Source: Candidatus Enterousia sp.
GTDB taxonomy: Bacteria; Pseudomonadota; Alphaproteobacteria; Rs-D84
DNA length: 64,000 nt
Reading direction: 5' to 3'
Assembly: GCA_045613785.1 (NCBI GenBank)
Contig: JAZLBQ010000001.1
Span: forward strand, 2,571 to 66,570
Part shown: one piece after another, positions 1 through 9,827 of the stretch
Position numbering within the stretch: the stretch's first letter is position 1
How the letters are laid out: every line of letters begins with the position of its first letter
The notes under the pieces: model-generated
Told to the model about the DNA's origin: nothing
Seen by the model: only the letters and a program-made list of their open reading frames with translations
Database searches by the model: none
Program-made: the position numbers and the translations under genes

Positions 1-557
1 GTGCATTCTGAAAAAAATCTATTAAAATCAGCATCTTCTGCACAATTTCTGAAATCGGCAGTGCAACGTTGGTCTTGGATTAAACATGATTTAATTTCCG
101 AAGAACAGACCGTTTTAGATTTCTTTTTTGCCATCTTGTCCAGTGTTTGAGACATCTGAATTGATATCCCAGCAGCACGGCAGGACTGTTCAATAAGTTT
201 GTCATATGCTTCAGAAACGTCGTCAGGGGTGCAACCAGAAACTTTCTTGGTGCATTGCGTCGTTGCCCAGGCATAGCGTTCGCCAGGGGCAGATGGGGCA
301 GACTTTAATTCTTTGTCAGAAATGTTGTATTTTGCCGACGTGCCAACCGATACACTGTTCATCTTTTTTGCATTTGATGGTGTGCCAGCGTTCGCAGTGC
401 CGCAATATTGACACCGTGCCGCAGGATTTGATGATACATTTATCGCACATACTGAATCCAGGCAACGGGTCAGATTTGCACGGGAACATGTTGTTGCAGC
501 ATTGGCCGCAGGTGCCGCCAATATCGCAGTTAGTAAAAATATTCTATATGTTTTCAT
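1..557 (-). CDS. secreted cysteine-rich protein, paralogue of the CMDxFC family (N-terminal part only; ORF runs off the window start)
   Basis: ATG at 557 and open with no stop to nt 1, translated by hand. It is missing from the ORF track because no stop lies in the window. Signal peptide MKTYRIFLLTAILAAPAANA. The Cys framework CSRANLTRCLDSVC..RCQYC and ..SCLIQDQRCTADFRNCAED aligns with 9828..11981 and 12004..14508. Confidence 0.7.
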   Translation of the reverse strand, partial: MKTYRIFLLTAILAAPAANAATTCSRANLTRCLDSVCAINVSSNPAARCQYCGTANAGTPSNAKKMNSVSVGTSAKYNISDKELKSAPSAPGERYAWATTQCTKKVSGCTPDDVSEAYDKLIEQSCRAAGISIQMSQTLDKMAKKKSKTVCSSEIKSCLIQDQRCTADFRNCAEDADFNRFFSEC

Positions 558-689
558 TTCTCTCTTGGTTCTTATTATAACAAAAATCAAAAGTGCTAGC
601 AAAAGAAAAAATATTTAATCTTAGTCTTGACAAAATGATATTCTTTGTCTATATTTTGTGTATAAATAACTTTAGAAAAGGATTAAAAA

Positions 690-1511
690 ATGGCAAGAAC
701 AAAAGAATGGTGGTGGATACACGCTTCGGCTGGGGTCGTTTCAGTTCTGTTGTTGGTAGGACTGTGCGGAACATGTAGTTCTGCGAATAATAAAAATGCA
801 GAATTGGAAAAGAAAAATGCAGATTTTAAAGAGGCAATCAATATACTGAAAAAAGCGAATGAAGCAATCGAGGGTTTGAAGTCTGAAAATGCTGTAAAGG
901 ACTCTATTATTGAAAAGCAGAGTGCTTTGTGGGCGGTAGTCGAAACTGAAAAAGGCGTTTTGCGTGATTCTATCACTGTGCTGAATGATTCTATTGATGG
1001 GTTAAACGAAGAATTAAAGCAGGTAAATGCTGATTTGGAAGATTGCAGAAACTCAAAAAAGTCTGCAGTAAAGAAGCCTGCAGTAAAGAAACCAGAACAG
1101 AAGAAAACGACTCCAAAAAAGTCAGAACAAAAGAAATCAGAACAAAAGAAGTCTGAGGAAACAAAGCCAGTGGTTGTGCCTGTTCAGCCAGTCAAGGTGG
1201 TTAAACCAGATACTGTTTATGTCGTTGTGGAACAACCAAGAAAGGATTGTGCAGGCGGTAAGACAAAAATCAATCTGGATAATTCGGATAACAATGGTGC
1301 TGTTGTTGTTGGTAAGCAATGTGTTCAGGATACAGAAATTACATTGCAGAACGGATCTGTCAATAATGGTGCAATTGTCGTAGGTAGCAATAATCACGTT
1401 GTTATTGGTGGAACTCAACAACAGGTGGTAGATACTTTGCGTCGTATTGAAAATGCTAATAAGGCATATGGTTATTACAAGGTAAAACGTGTTGTTCGCC
1501 GTGTAAGATAA
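690..1511 (+). CDS. membrane-anchored coiled-coil protein with Lys-rich tandem repeats (hypothetical)
   Basis: 273-aa ORF with an N-terminal hydrophobic anchor (WWWIHASAGVVSVLLLVGLCG) followed by heptad-like coiled coil. Repeats are KKPAVKKPAVKKPEQKK and KKSEQKKSEQKKSEE, encoded by 15-nt tandem repeats near 1063..1160. A terminator follows. Confidence 0.7.
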   Translation: MARTKEWWWIHASAGVVSVLLLVGLCGTCSSANNKNAELEKKNADFKEAINILKKANEAIEGLKSENAVKDSIIEKQSALWAVVETEKGVLRDSITVLNDSIDGLNEELKQVNADLEDCRNSKKSAVKKPAVKKPEQKKTTPKKSEQKKSEQKKSEETKPVVVPVQPVKVVKPDTVYVVVEQPRKDCAGGKTKINLDNSDNNGAVVVGKQCVQDTEITLQNGSVNNGAIVVGSNNHVVIGGTQQQVVDTLRRIENANKAYGYYKVKRVVRRVR

Positions 1512-1530
1512 TGTTGTTGTTTGTTAGTAT

Positions 1531-1559
1531 TCGGTTCGCATGTGCGAACCGATTTTTTT
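1531..1559 (+). terminator. rho-independent terminator
   Basis: Hairpin TCGGTTCGCA-TGTG-CGAACCGA followed by T7. Confidence 0.8.
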
Positions 1560-1629
1560 ATGTGTTTTTTTATCTGGACAGGTAAAATAATCTTGTGCTA
1601 AGATTTATTTGTATATAGAGAGAATAGAT

Positions 1630-4600
1630 ATGAAGTTTATCAGATTTTTAGCGTTTTCTTTGTTCTTTGCTCCGTTCGCAGCAAGTGCAGCAAGCAGTGA
1701 TTTTATGATGGCAGCACAGTTGTTGGCAGCGGCCAAGGCAGCCGATATTCAACAGGTGCAAAGTTTGGTAAATGCTGGTGCTGATATAAACTTTGTTGAT
1801 TCAACAGGGGTTTCTATCGTTTGCACCGCTTTGATGAATAATGATGTGCGTGCGGCACAAATCTTGCAGATGTATGGGGCGGATGCGTCAAAATGTGATC
1901 GTCAGATAAAGCAATTTAATAATCGTAATAAACCCAGGGCCAGTGGAGGGCTGTTTAGCGGACTGTCGTCTGTCCAGGGGATTACGTTAGCGGCGGCGGG
2001 GGCCGCCGTTGTTGTAGGTGGCTTGTTGTTGCTGACTGATGTGTTCGACCCTGGTAATGATAATGATGCTGCATCATCAGATGGTAATCGACCCGACAAT
2101 AATCCAGATGATAATACTGATCAAAGTGCAGTGGCTTATTTGTCTGTGCCGTATAGTCCAGCGTATTTGGGACTTGATGGAAAAATCACAACAAGTGATG
2201 AGACTTATCGTGCAAATTTAACCTTGTGGGATCCAACCGCTGGCAGTGCTTTGCGTCAGGCGGATTTTAATTATTTTAGACCGCAGGTTCAGGCTGAAAA
2301 TAACTATGTTATCGACGGCTTATATTTGCCAATGCAGAATTATCTGTTGATGATGCATGGATATTCAGCCTTTGCTAATGAATATATGGGGCAGGGAATC
2401 TTTCGTGATACGGCAACTCGTAACCCGATATTAGTTGGAAACAGTGCTACTGGAGGGCGTCCTGTGATTGCAGGATTGGTAACAGATAATGGGGTTAGTC
2501 CTGTGGGGGCGTTGGATAGGTCTGGTGGTATAGTGTATGCAATTAGTGCGGCGGCAGATTCGGCAACTTATCTGGTGGATAAATTTACAAACTTTAATAA
2601 TCCAACATCTGATGGATTGGGAACTGAAATTGTTGGTTTTGATTTCTCGGGAAATGGAACTGCGATGAATTTGTTTGCCGATTCGTATGATAATGCACTG
2701 GGGAAAATTGTCGCCGGATGGGAGGCAGGTGGTCGCACAGATGGCGATTTAATCGGTTTTGTTCCAAATGGACGCTTGGGAATTTTTAGAACAGGTGGTG
2801 GTAAATATTGGCAGGATTTGGTTAGTCCACTTGAGGGGGAAGTTCTGGGAACGGTCGTAAATGGTGATGGGGCAGATGAAAATGCGATTGATGTTGGTGA
2901 TACGATAACCTTTGGTGGAAAAACTTATTTGATTTCGTTGGCTGTTGCAGATTCTACAATTGTCAATCCAACGATTACTATCAATGGAACGACCTATAAA
3001 TTGCCAAGTAATAGCACGCTGTTAAAGGGTGTTTGTTCGTCAAGTGTTGAAGGGGAATGTGATGACGTTTCTGATATTGCTATTTATCTTGGGGATGATG
3101 GTGCTTATTATGTAAATACAACAGGTACTAATTCTGTCGATAATGTCTTGATGGTAAATGGTGGTAATATTTATGCAAAAAAAGAATTAGTTGATGCAGA
3201 TTATAAAAATTTTCAGGCTTTATATAATGCACGCACTGTTAGCGATGTCTTGGCAAATGTATCCGTGATTGATGCGGCACGTGGAAATGATTATTTAACG
3301 ATTGCAGACGTGCCGGGCTTGTTCGATTTGACTTCGGCATCCAAGGAAGAAGTTTTTGCCGCACTGATAAATTCTGCGTATGACAAGAATAATTCTGATA
3401 TAAACAGCCAGGGTATGTATGCACACAGAATGTTTAATAATTATACTGCTGGTTCGCCAATTCTGCTTATGCCAGCAGGTGAATTTCAATGGACAGGTGG
3501 GGCAGCAAAATACGCAACATTTGAAAATTATGCTCCGTTGTTATATGACGGTAATTTGGAACATATGTTTATGACAATTGTTGCAGTTCAGCATACAGGT
3601 GGAACTGCAGGGGCTGGGTCTATTGCAGGTTATGGTAATGGCACTGGCGATAGTTATGGCCCGTTGCGTTTGTCTGTCTGGCAGGATTATAATGGAACGT
3701 TAGAAGATGCGTCTGATGATATTGTTTATATGTCCAGAAAATGTGGGGTTGCTGGTGTCGGATTAAATGGAATTGACCCTTGGTGCTTTGCAGCAGCAGG
3801 GCCAACAGCAGAAATGGCGACGGCTGCGGCGGCAGGGGCGGTTGCTTCATTGAAGGGGGCTTTTGATTATATGTCGAATCCTCAGATATTTATTTTGATG
3901 GCACTGACAGCGGACGGGTATTTGTTAGGAACAGATTCTACAGGTGGTGTTTTCACCAAGGATGCTTTGGTCGGATATTTGAAGAATATGTATTCGCTGC
4001 CATCGGAATATTATGAAGATACTTTGACAGGAGATGCATATTTACAGGCTTTTGCAGATGTGTTTGGTTATGGCTTGATAAATCTGGAACGGGCAATGAC
4101 ACCAAACAAGAAAATTTACTTCTTTGATGGAACAAATATTGTTTCCGCAGGCGGCAATGCGTATTGGCGTGCAGCACAAAATACAGTGTTTAGACCGTCA
4201 TCTGTCTTAAATATACGTGGGGCAACAATTCGGGCACCTTTCTTTGATGTTTTGGAAAGCGTTGATGGCAGTATGAGTCTGCCACGTGTTTGGGAAAATG
4301 AGTTTGCTTTTGGCACAAATGACAAGCGTGGTTTGTATATGGGTGATGTGTTGGGTGAATTAAAAACACGTCGTGATACAGAACAACGCACACAGGTTGG
4401 GGCATTGGGTGTTTCTATGCGGTTTTCAGAACGTGCCTATGTTGATAACTTAAATGGTTTGGATAATTTGAATTTGGATTTCCAAAGCGGAAAATGGAAT
4501 TTTGCGGCGTCTTATCAACGTTATTTAACAGATGGGGCGTCTAGATTCGATGGAACTGCTAATCCTGTTTTGGGATTGGTTTCAAATGCAGTCGTTTCCG

Positions 4601-5337
4601 ATGTTGTGTATAAGTCTGGTAATTGGTCTTTTGGTGGACGTGTCTTTTCAGGTGCAATCACAGATGAGGGGCTGTTAGAAAATGATCCGACAATTTCTGC
4701 CCAGTATATGCCTGCAAAGTTAGGATTGATGAACGGTGGACAGTCAACAATTGCATGGGAAAATGAAAAATTCAGTTTTGCAGGTAATTTTGGTGCTGCT
4801 TATGAAACAAATACATTGTTGGGGGCATGGACAGATGGACTGTTGAATTTGGGAAATGGTCAGACAATGTATGTGGATTTTGTTGGACAGTATAATTTTG
4901 CTGATATGGCTGAATTGACAGCACGAGCAACTTTTGCACAGACGATGTCTGATGTTGCCGGTGATTTTGTTTTGGGTATGTCTGATGTTTATTCAAATGC
5001 ATTTGCATTGGGGGTAAATTTTGGTGCCTTTGAATTTGCTGTGTCTCAGCCGTTGGCTATTACACGTGGGAATTTACAATATGCGTATGCTGACTATGAT
5101 GTTGTAGAAGTGGATAAAAACAAATATGAATTAAAGGTTGTTGATGCGTATGTTGCAGATTTAGATCTGCGGCCTGAAAAACGTGAAGTCCGTTTTGCAG
5201 GAACGTATCGTCATAATTTTGGTCAATTTACAGATGCTGCGTTTGGATTTATTTATAGGGTGAATCCAAATAATACAGATGATTTTGGAGATGAATCAAT
5301 ATTTATGATGAAGTTATCACATCGCTTGGGAATATAA
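1630..5337 (+). CDS. autotransporter-like outer-membrane protein: ankyrin repeats + degenerate subtilase (S8)-like domain + C-terminal beta-barrel
   Basis: The ATG at 1630 gives signal peptide MKFIRFLAFSLFFAPFAASAA; the track start at 1609 is TTG. An ankyrin-like segment reads LLAAAKAADIQQVQSLVNAGADINFVDSTG..NNDVRAAQILQMYGADASKCD. The region GPTAEMATAAAAGAVASLKGAFDYMSNPQI..FGYGLINLERAMTP is homologous to the Ser-motif region of the S8 protein at 51467..53332 but lacks the Ser. The last ~350 aa have an alternating beta-strand pattern. Confidence 0.7.
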   Translation: MKFIRFLAFSLFFAPFAASAASSDFMMAAQLLAAAKAADIQQVQSLVNAGADINFVDSTGVSIVCTALMNNDVRAAQILQMYGADASKCDRQIKQFNNRNKPRASGGLFSGLSSVQGITLAAAGAAVVVGGLLLLTDVFDPGNDNDAASSDGNRPDNNPDDNTDQSAVAYLSVPYSPAYLGLDGKITTSDETYRANLTLWDPTAGSALRQADFNYFRPQVQAENNYVIDGLYLPMQNYLLMMHGYSAFANEYMGQGIFRDTATRNPILVGNSATGGRPVIAGLVTDNGVSPVGALDRSGGIVYAISAAADSATYLVDKFTNFNNPTSDGLGTEIVGFDFSGNGTAMNLFADSYDNALGKIVAGWEAGGRTDGDLIGFVPNGRLGIFRTGGGKYWQDLVSPLEGEVLGTVVNGDGADENAIDVGDTITFGGKTYLISLAVADSTIVNPTITINGTTYKLPSNSTLLKGVCSSSVEGECDDVSDIAIYLGDDGAYYVNTTGTNSVDNVLMVNGGNIYAKKELVDADYKNFQALYNARTVSDVLANVSVIDAARGNDYLTIADVPGLFDLTSASKEEVFAALINSAYDKNNSDINSQGMYAHRMFNNYTAGSPILLMPAGEFQWTGGAAKYATFENYAPLLYDGNLEHMFMTIVAVQHTGGTAGAGSIAGYGNGTGDSYGPLRLSVWQDYNGTLEDASDDIVYMSRKCGVAGVGLNGIDPWCFAAAGPTAEMATAAAAGAVASLKGAFDYMSNPQIFILMALTADGYLLGTDSTGGVFTKDALVGYLKNMYSLPSEYYEDTLTGDAYLQAFADVFGYGLINLERAMTPNKKIYFFDGTNIVSAGGNAYWRAAQNTVFRPSSVLNIRGATIRAPFFDVLESVDGSMSLPRVWENEFAFGTNDKRGLYMGDVLGELKTRRDTEQRTQVGALGVSMRFSERAYVDNLNGLDNLNLDFQSGKWNFAASYQRYLTDGASRFDGTANPVLGLVSNAVVSDVVYKSGNWSFGGRVFSGAITDEGLLENDPTISAQYMPAKLGLMNGGQSTIAWENEKFSFAGNFGAAYETNTLLGAWTDGLLNLGNGQTMYVDFVGQYNFADMAELTARATFAQTMSDVAGDFVLGMSDVYSNAFALGVNFGAFEFAVSQPLAITRGNLQYAYADYDVVEVDKNKYELKVVDAYVADLDLRPEKREVRFAGTYRHNFGQFTDAAFGFIYRVNPNNTDDFGDESIFMMKLSHRLGI

Positions 5338-5364
5338 AAAAATCCCCCAAAAGGGGATTTTTTT
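5336..5364 (+). terminator. rho-independent terminator (TCCCC/GGGGA family)
   Basis: AAAAAAATCCCCC-AAAA-GGGGATTTTTTT, immediately after the stop codon. Confidence 0.85.
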
Positions 5365-5419
5365 ATTGATTTTTGTTGTTATCTCTTTACTATTGTTTCG
5401 CAATTAAAGGATAAGAATA

Positions 5420-5848
5420 ATGGATATTAGTTTTAAGACAGTTGTAGAATATGTGAAAAATTTGTTCCCTGGTGCAGCCCCTGTTCAAATTAGCACGAAT
5501 CCAGAGTTGGATGCGGCTACGTTATTAAGAATTTCATCAAATAATTTGTATTTAAAGGCTAGAAATGGTAATCATTATTGGTATTGCTTTGTCGATGATG
5601 ATAATTTGCCAATGGCAAGATATTTGCTGAAAAGTAATGGTGTTAATGTTTCAAAACATTTTAGTCATTATAATCGGCCTTTTTATTCGACGTCAGCACA
5701 ACCGGTTTTACGTGTCAGGGTTTCTATATTGAACAAGAATCCTAAGGCTAAGAATTTTGTTGATTTGGTTATGAAACGCAAGGTGCTGAATTTTTCAGAT
5801 GAATGTGTTATGAAACATATGAATTCTGTAAGGCAAAATATGAAATAA
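5420..5848 (+). CDS. hypothetical basic cytoplasmic protein
   Basis: 142-aa ORF with an AAGGA RBS 7 nt upstream and a terminator directly after. No recognisable motif. Confidence 0.6.
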   Translation: MDISFKTVVEYVKNLFPGAAPVQISTNPELDAATLLRISSNNLYLKARNGNHYWYCFVDDDNLPMARYLLKSNGVNVSKHFSHYNRPFYSTSAQPVLRVRVSILNKNPKAKNFVDLVMKRKVLNFSDECVMKHMNSVRQNMK

Positions 5849-5874
5849 AAAATCCCCAAATCGGGGATTTTTTT
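5847..5874. terminator. bidirectional terminator (TCCCC/GGGGA family)
   Basis: AAAAAATCCCC-AAATC-GGGGATTTTTTT between convergent genes. Both stop codons abut its A and T tracts. Confidence 0.85.
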
Positions 5875-5878
5875 GTTC

Positions 5879-6595
5879 TTATTCAGTTTTGAAATATTGT
5901 TCTTTTTGTTGTTGAGATAGGCGGAACATTTCATCAAAAATTGCGTCGGCATCCGCCATTGTAGTTGGGATGTCTTGTGTGGCATTTTGAATGTCTGTGC
6001 CGTTCAGAACAATTATGCGGGCCGGCAATAAATCACGTCCGCCATTGCAATCAATATAATATTCGTTCGGATTGTAATACTTGCCATAACAGCGACCGTT
6101 TTCAATAGCAATAAATCCGTCGTTTGCCAGAACTTCGCATGTTGGCTGAGTGTCATAGGTTATTTCGCCGTTTGCCAATGTTTCATCAGGTTTGATCAAA
6201 ATACCGTTGCACCATACTGGGACATATTTGCCGTTTACAGATGCCATTGCACCATCTTCGGCAGTTTTACGGCGGCCAAAGCAGTCGCCATCGGCACCCA
6301 GTAAATCTGTGTCAAAGTCAGCGTTTATTCCTGTGCCCTTGGCGATTTCAGCACGCCCCATAGGGACAGCGTCACGACCGCCAGACGTTAGTGCGTCAGG
6401 ACAAATCAGTTTTAAACCACGACAGTTGCTGGTGGCGTCCCACATTTCTGTGTCAAAACCAATGCCCATTGATGAATAGCAGTTCGTTGGACTTAGTCGG
6501 CAAATGGTTGGTTGCAGCCACCATGGTGTCGTGGCAGCATTTCCAGAAGCAATGCTGAATATTGATAATAGTGAAAGTGCCAATATTTTTTTCAT
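5879..6595 (-). CDS. secreted cysteine-rich protein (hypothetical), co-oriented 31 nt downstream of 6627..9344
   Basis: The internal ATG at 6595 gives signal peptide MKKILALSLLSIFSIASGNAA. The mature part has 12 Cys. No known motif. Confidence 0.7.
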   Translation of the reverse strand: MKKILALSLLSIFSIASGNAATTPWWLQPTICRLSPTNCYSSMGIGFDTEMWDATSNCRGLKLICPDALTSGGRDAVPMGRAEIAKGTGINADFDTDLLGADGDCFGRRKTAEDGAMASVNGKYVPVWCNGILIKPDETLANGEITYDTQPTCEVLANDGFIAIENGRCYGKYYNPNEYYIDCNGGRDLLPARIIVLNGTDIQNATQDIPTTMADADAIFDEMFRLSQQQKEQYFKTE

Positions 6596-6626
6596 AGTTC
6601 TCTCTTTTGATTCTATTTTATCAGAT

Positions 6627-9344
6627 TTAATTTGTTGGTTCAACTGTTGAAGTTTCTTCTGTCCATACTGCGTGCAGATTTACAAATGTTGACAAGTTGT
6701 ATATTTCCTCATATTCAAGAGTGTTTTTGATACATTGGCCGTTATTGTTGTAGTATTGGGTTTTATCCCCATTGTTCGGGTTTATGTAGAAATAACCTTG
6801 GAATTTATATGCTTCATCTTCGCACTCAGGAATCTCAACTGTTTCTGGTAGTTCTTCTTGGTGTTTAAGGTTTGCACCTGTGATGTTTACGGCTTTTTTG
6901 ACCGCTTGGCAGGTTTTCTCGTCTGTGTTCACAAAACTAACATTGATTGTGCTGCCTGAATTGTTGCTGGGGGTTGTGATGGTTGTGGTAGTTGTGTCAA
7001 CGGCACAGAATCCCCATTTGGTGTTTGCAGATGTTTCGTCATAGAATTTTTTGAATAATTCTTGACCTGTGGTGTCGTGCGTATCGTCGCCGGTTTTGTC
7101 TGTCCAGACCGTATCAACCCACAGTCCGCCCAGGCGTTCGCATTCGGCAGATAATGTGTTTGCCATTTCTGTGCGGATTTTGTCCATGACAATATTGATG
7201 TCTTGTAAAACGGTTGCGGGCAGGGCGTTTTTGGATTCTGATGGACGGACGCAGGCCTGTATTGCATAGCGTGCAATTTTGTGATACAGACTGCCAATAT
7301 AGTCTGTTCCACATTTGTCATTCTCGGTATCAGTGCTGGAATAAAGTGGTTCTTTGTTGGCTGTTCCGCCTGGACAGTATGAGTCTTTGGGACATGGTGT
7401 GCAGTTGTTGTTTTTCTTTGGTGTGCCGTCATATTCCCCATTTTGGTCTGTCATGTAGTAGCCAGGTTTGCAAGATGTGTATTTTATCAGTTCTGGACAT
7501 GCGTATATCTGTGTGATGTTTGATGTTTGTGTTGTAATGCTTTCAAATGCGGAACCACCACTGTTGATGTTTTGGGTTATCAAGTTGCATTGGTGGATTG
7601 ATGCATACATTTTGTCACCAGGTGCGTATGTTCGACAGGCGTATGGATAGGCGTGCAGGGTGTCGCTGCTGGGGACGGCACACAGGTCATGTGCGTAATC
7701 TTGTAATGTGGCCAGGCATTGGTCGGCAATGCGTTGGCTGGTTATGTCGTGCATCGCGGTAAGCAGTTCTGTCATGCCGTGTGAGCCGCCACCATATAAA
7801 TTACTGCAAGCGTCTAATTTTTCTTGGCACATTTCTTCGGATAATTCCAAACGTTGGCCTAGTAGTAATTGGTCTTTGACGTTGCTAAAATCTTTTAATG
7901 ATTTTGTTTGTTCGTCATAGCATTTTGTGACGATTTCAAAACAGTTGTTTTTTACCTGGCGAACACGTTCTTGTTGATTTTGGTAGATTTCCGCAATCGC
8001 TTGACGCATGAATTCGTCCCAAACTTCGTCCGATAAATCACGGCATGTGTCCAGGGATTGTTCGGCAAATTTTCGTTTGGAATTTAATGTTGCAACAAAT
8101 AGACGGTTTGTTTGGTTGTTTAAAACATCGCCAGATAATGATATTTGTGTTTCAAGTTTGTAAAAGTCAGGACTGTAAATCGGTTCGCCTGTTGTGTAGT
8201 TTAGATAGCGGCCTGTTACGTCAAGACAGTGAACGTAGTTTGGACCGCATGCTAATTCTGATGTTATGTCTGAACGGACGTTGGCGACACAATCATTGAT
8301 TGAAGTGGAATTGTGGTTGTTGTAATTTTCCAAACGTGCCAGGTTCATTTCACGTTCAGCAGCACGAATTGTGCTGTTGGCTGTGTTTAATTTGTCGTCA
8401 AGGTCATTTAATAATATCGAACAATCGTTTTCAATATACATCCCATATGCAGTTGTCACCATTGTCTGGGTGGCTGTGTCGGGGCATTTGTCGATTGTAA
8501 TTTCTGCACATTGGGCGTGAACTGCGTTGTATAAGGCTTCGCCTGTAAGGTTGCTGATGTTTGCACCGCCCATTAAATCGGTTGTTGCCCAGATTGAATT
8601 TATGTCGCCTGCGATATCTAATTTGCCCTGGGTCGATAATGATTGCGATTTCGTTTTTGATAAAACGTCCCTGATGCCAGCAAGTTGTGATGCACTGCCA
8701 GATGTGTCATTGGTAATTGATTGGGTGAATTCGCCAGTCGATGCAGAAAGCATTGCTTTGACTTCGGCCTTGGTTTTGTCAATTACTTCTAGGTTCAGGT
8801 TCTTGAAATCTTGTAATTGGTCGGCGGCTTGGGATAATGCACGTTCTCGTGATTGGATTTCAGGTAATTTTGTCGAACATATACAGCGACGATATGTGTC
8901 GTTGGCTATGCCACAGAACTGATCCATACAGGTAAAGTATGCGTCACGGCATGTGTTGTAGCCAGTGCCAAATGTGTTCGATTGAGTCGTGTTCATCGTA
9001 ATCGTTGCACGAGCAGGACGAATGGCACTGCGTGCAGAATTGGTGCGGTTCGCAGTTGTTCGAATTTTGTTGCCACTGATTGCACTTCGTGCAGTAGATA
9101 CTGTTTTTGTAGTTTGTGCTGTTGTTGCTGTGCGTGAATTACTGCGGTTCGTTGTCGCTGTGCGTGAAACAGTGCGATCAGACGTGGTGCGTGCCGTTGT
9201 TGTTTTTGTTGGGGGTGTTGTTTGAACTTGCGTTCGTGATGTTGTGCTTGTGTTACGGACAGGGCTTTTTTCACTGCGAACAGCGGCGTTGGCAAAACCA
9301 ACACCTAGCAATAGTGCTAGAATTGAAATGTTTATCCTTTTCAT
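6627..9344 (-). CDS. giant secreted Cys-rich/coiled-coil protein, CMDxFC family, with Thr/Arg-rich N-terminal low-complexity region and a CxxCP module
   Basis: Start moved to the ATG at 9344 (MKRINISILALLLGVGFANA signal peptide). The longer track ORF would overlap infA and its terminator. Family box TCRDAYFTCMDQFCGIANDTYRRCICS. Also contains CKPGYYMTDQNGEYDGTPKKNNNCTPCPKDSYCPGG. Confidence 0.8.
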   Translation of the reverse strand: MKRINISILALLLGVGFANAAVRSEKSPVRNTSTTSRTQVQTTPPTKTTTARTTSDRTVSRTATTNRSNSRTATTAQTTKTVSTARSAISGNKIRTTANRTNSARSAIRPARATITMNTTQSNTFGTGYNTCRDAYFTCMDQFCGIANDTYRRCICSTKLPEIQSRERALSQAADQLQDFKNLNLEVIDKTKAEVKAMLSASTGEFTQSITNDTSGSASQLAGIRDVLSKTKSQSLSTQGKLDIAGDINSIWATTDLMGGANISNLTGEALYNAVHAQCAEITIDKCPDTATQTMVTTAYGMYIENDCSILLNDLDDKLNTANSTIRAAEREMNLARLENYNNHNSTSINDCVANVRSDITSELACGPNYVHCLDVTGRYLNYTTGEPIYSPDFYKLETQISLSGDVLNNQTNRLFVATLNSKRKFAEQSLDTCRDLSDEVWDEFMRQAIAEIYQNQQERVRQVKNNCFEIVTKCYDEQTKSLKDFSNVKDQLLLGQRLELSEEMCQEKLDACSNLYGGGSHGMTELLTAMHDITSQRIADQCLATLQDYAHDLCAVPSSDTLHAYPYACRTYAPGDKMYASIHQCNLITQNINSGGSAFESITTQTSNITQIYACPELIKYTSCKPGYYMTDQNGEYDGTPKKNNNCTPCPKDSYCPGGTANKEPLYSSTDTENDKCGTDYIGSLYHKIARYAIQACVRPSESKNALPATVLQDINIVMDKIRTEMANTLSAECERLGGLWVDTVWTDKTGDDTHDTTGQELFKKFYDETSANTKWGFCAVDTTTTTITTPSNNSGSTINVSFVNTDEKTCQAVKKAVNITGANLKHQEELPETVEIPECEDEAYKFQGYFYINPNNGDKTQYYNNNGQCIKNTLEYEEIYNLSTFVNLHAVWTEETSTVEPTN

Positions 9345-9414
9345 CCGTATATATTCTGTGTTTATTTTATCAAAAATATGTGCTGATAACAAGCAAAATG
9401 AAATTGTTTTATTA

Positions 9415-9446
9415 AAATAAAAAACCGCCTTTTGGCGGCGTTTTTT
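9415..9446 (-). terminator. rho-independent terminator of infA
   Basis: Minus-strand hairpin CGCCGCC-AAAA-GGCGG followed by a T run. It overlaps the infA stop codon. Confidence 0.8.
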
Positions 9447-9693
9447 ATTGGTTTGTTGTTTCCCCCGTAGGACGATTGCGTTCAACGAATGTTATGCGTC
9501 CTTTGTCCAGGTCGTATGGGGTCATTTCAACACGAACACGTTCGCCAACGTTTACCCAAATGCGAGCCTTACGCATTTTGCCGCATACGGTCGCCAAAAT
9601 TTCATGTCCGTTTTCTAGTTTTACACGGAACATTGTGTTAGGTAATTTGTCTTCGACTGTGCCAGTGAAAACGATTACATCATCTTTTGCCAT
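9445..9693 (-). CDS. infA: translation initiation factor IF-1
   Basis: 82 aa, with [57 protein letters not shown]. This is the canonical IF-1 S1-fold sequence. Confidence 0.95.
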   Translation of the reverse strand: MAKDDVIVFTGTVEDKLPNTMFRVKLENGHEILATVCGKMRKARIWVNVGERVRVEMTPYDLDKGRITFVERNRPTGETTNQ

Positions 9694-9827
9694 TGTGTTT
9701 TATTCCTTGGGTTTTTATGGGGTATATCTTATTGTTTTTTATGGAAAATTGCAAGGAGTTTTTATTTGCTTGTGAATTTGGGGAAGTTTTGATAAAATAA
9801 AAACAAATTATGTAGGGTGGAGAAAAG

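Noticed and set aside
9345-9485. N-terminal extension of the 952-aa track ORF (start at 9485)
   Set aside because: The extension overlaps the infA coding sequence and its terminator. The internal ATG at 9344 yields a textbook signal peptide, so the shorter start was adopted. The same logic was applied to 1609, 6643, 17699, 23128, 24087, 24591, 44919, 47889, 53566 and 56751.
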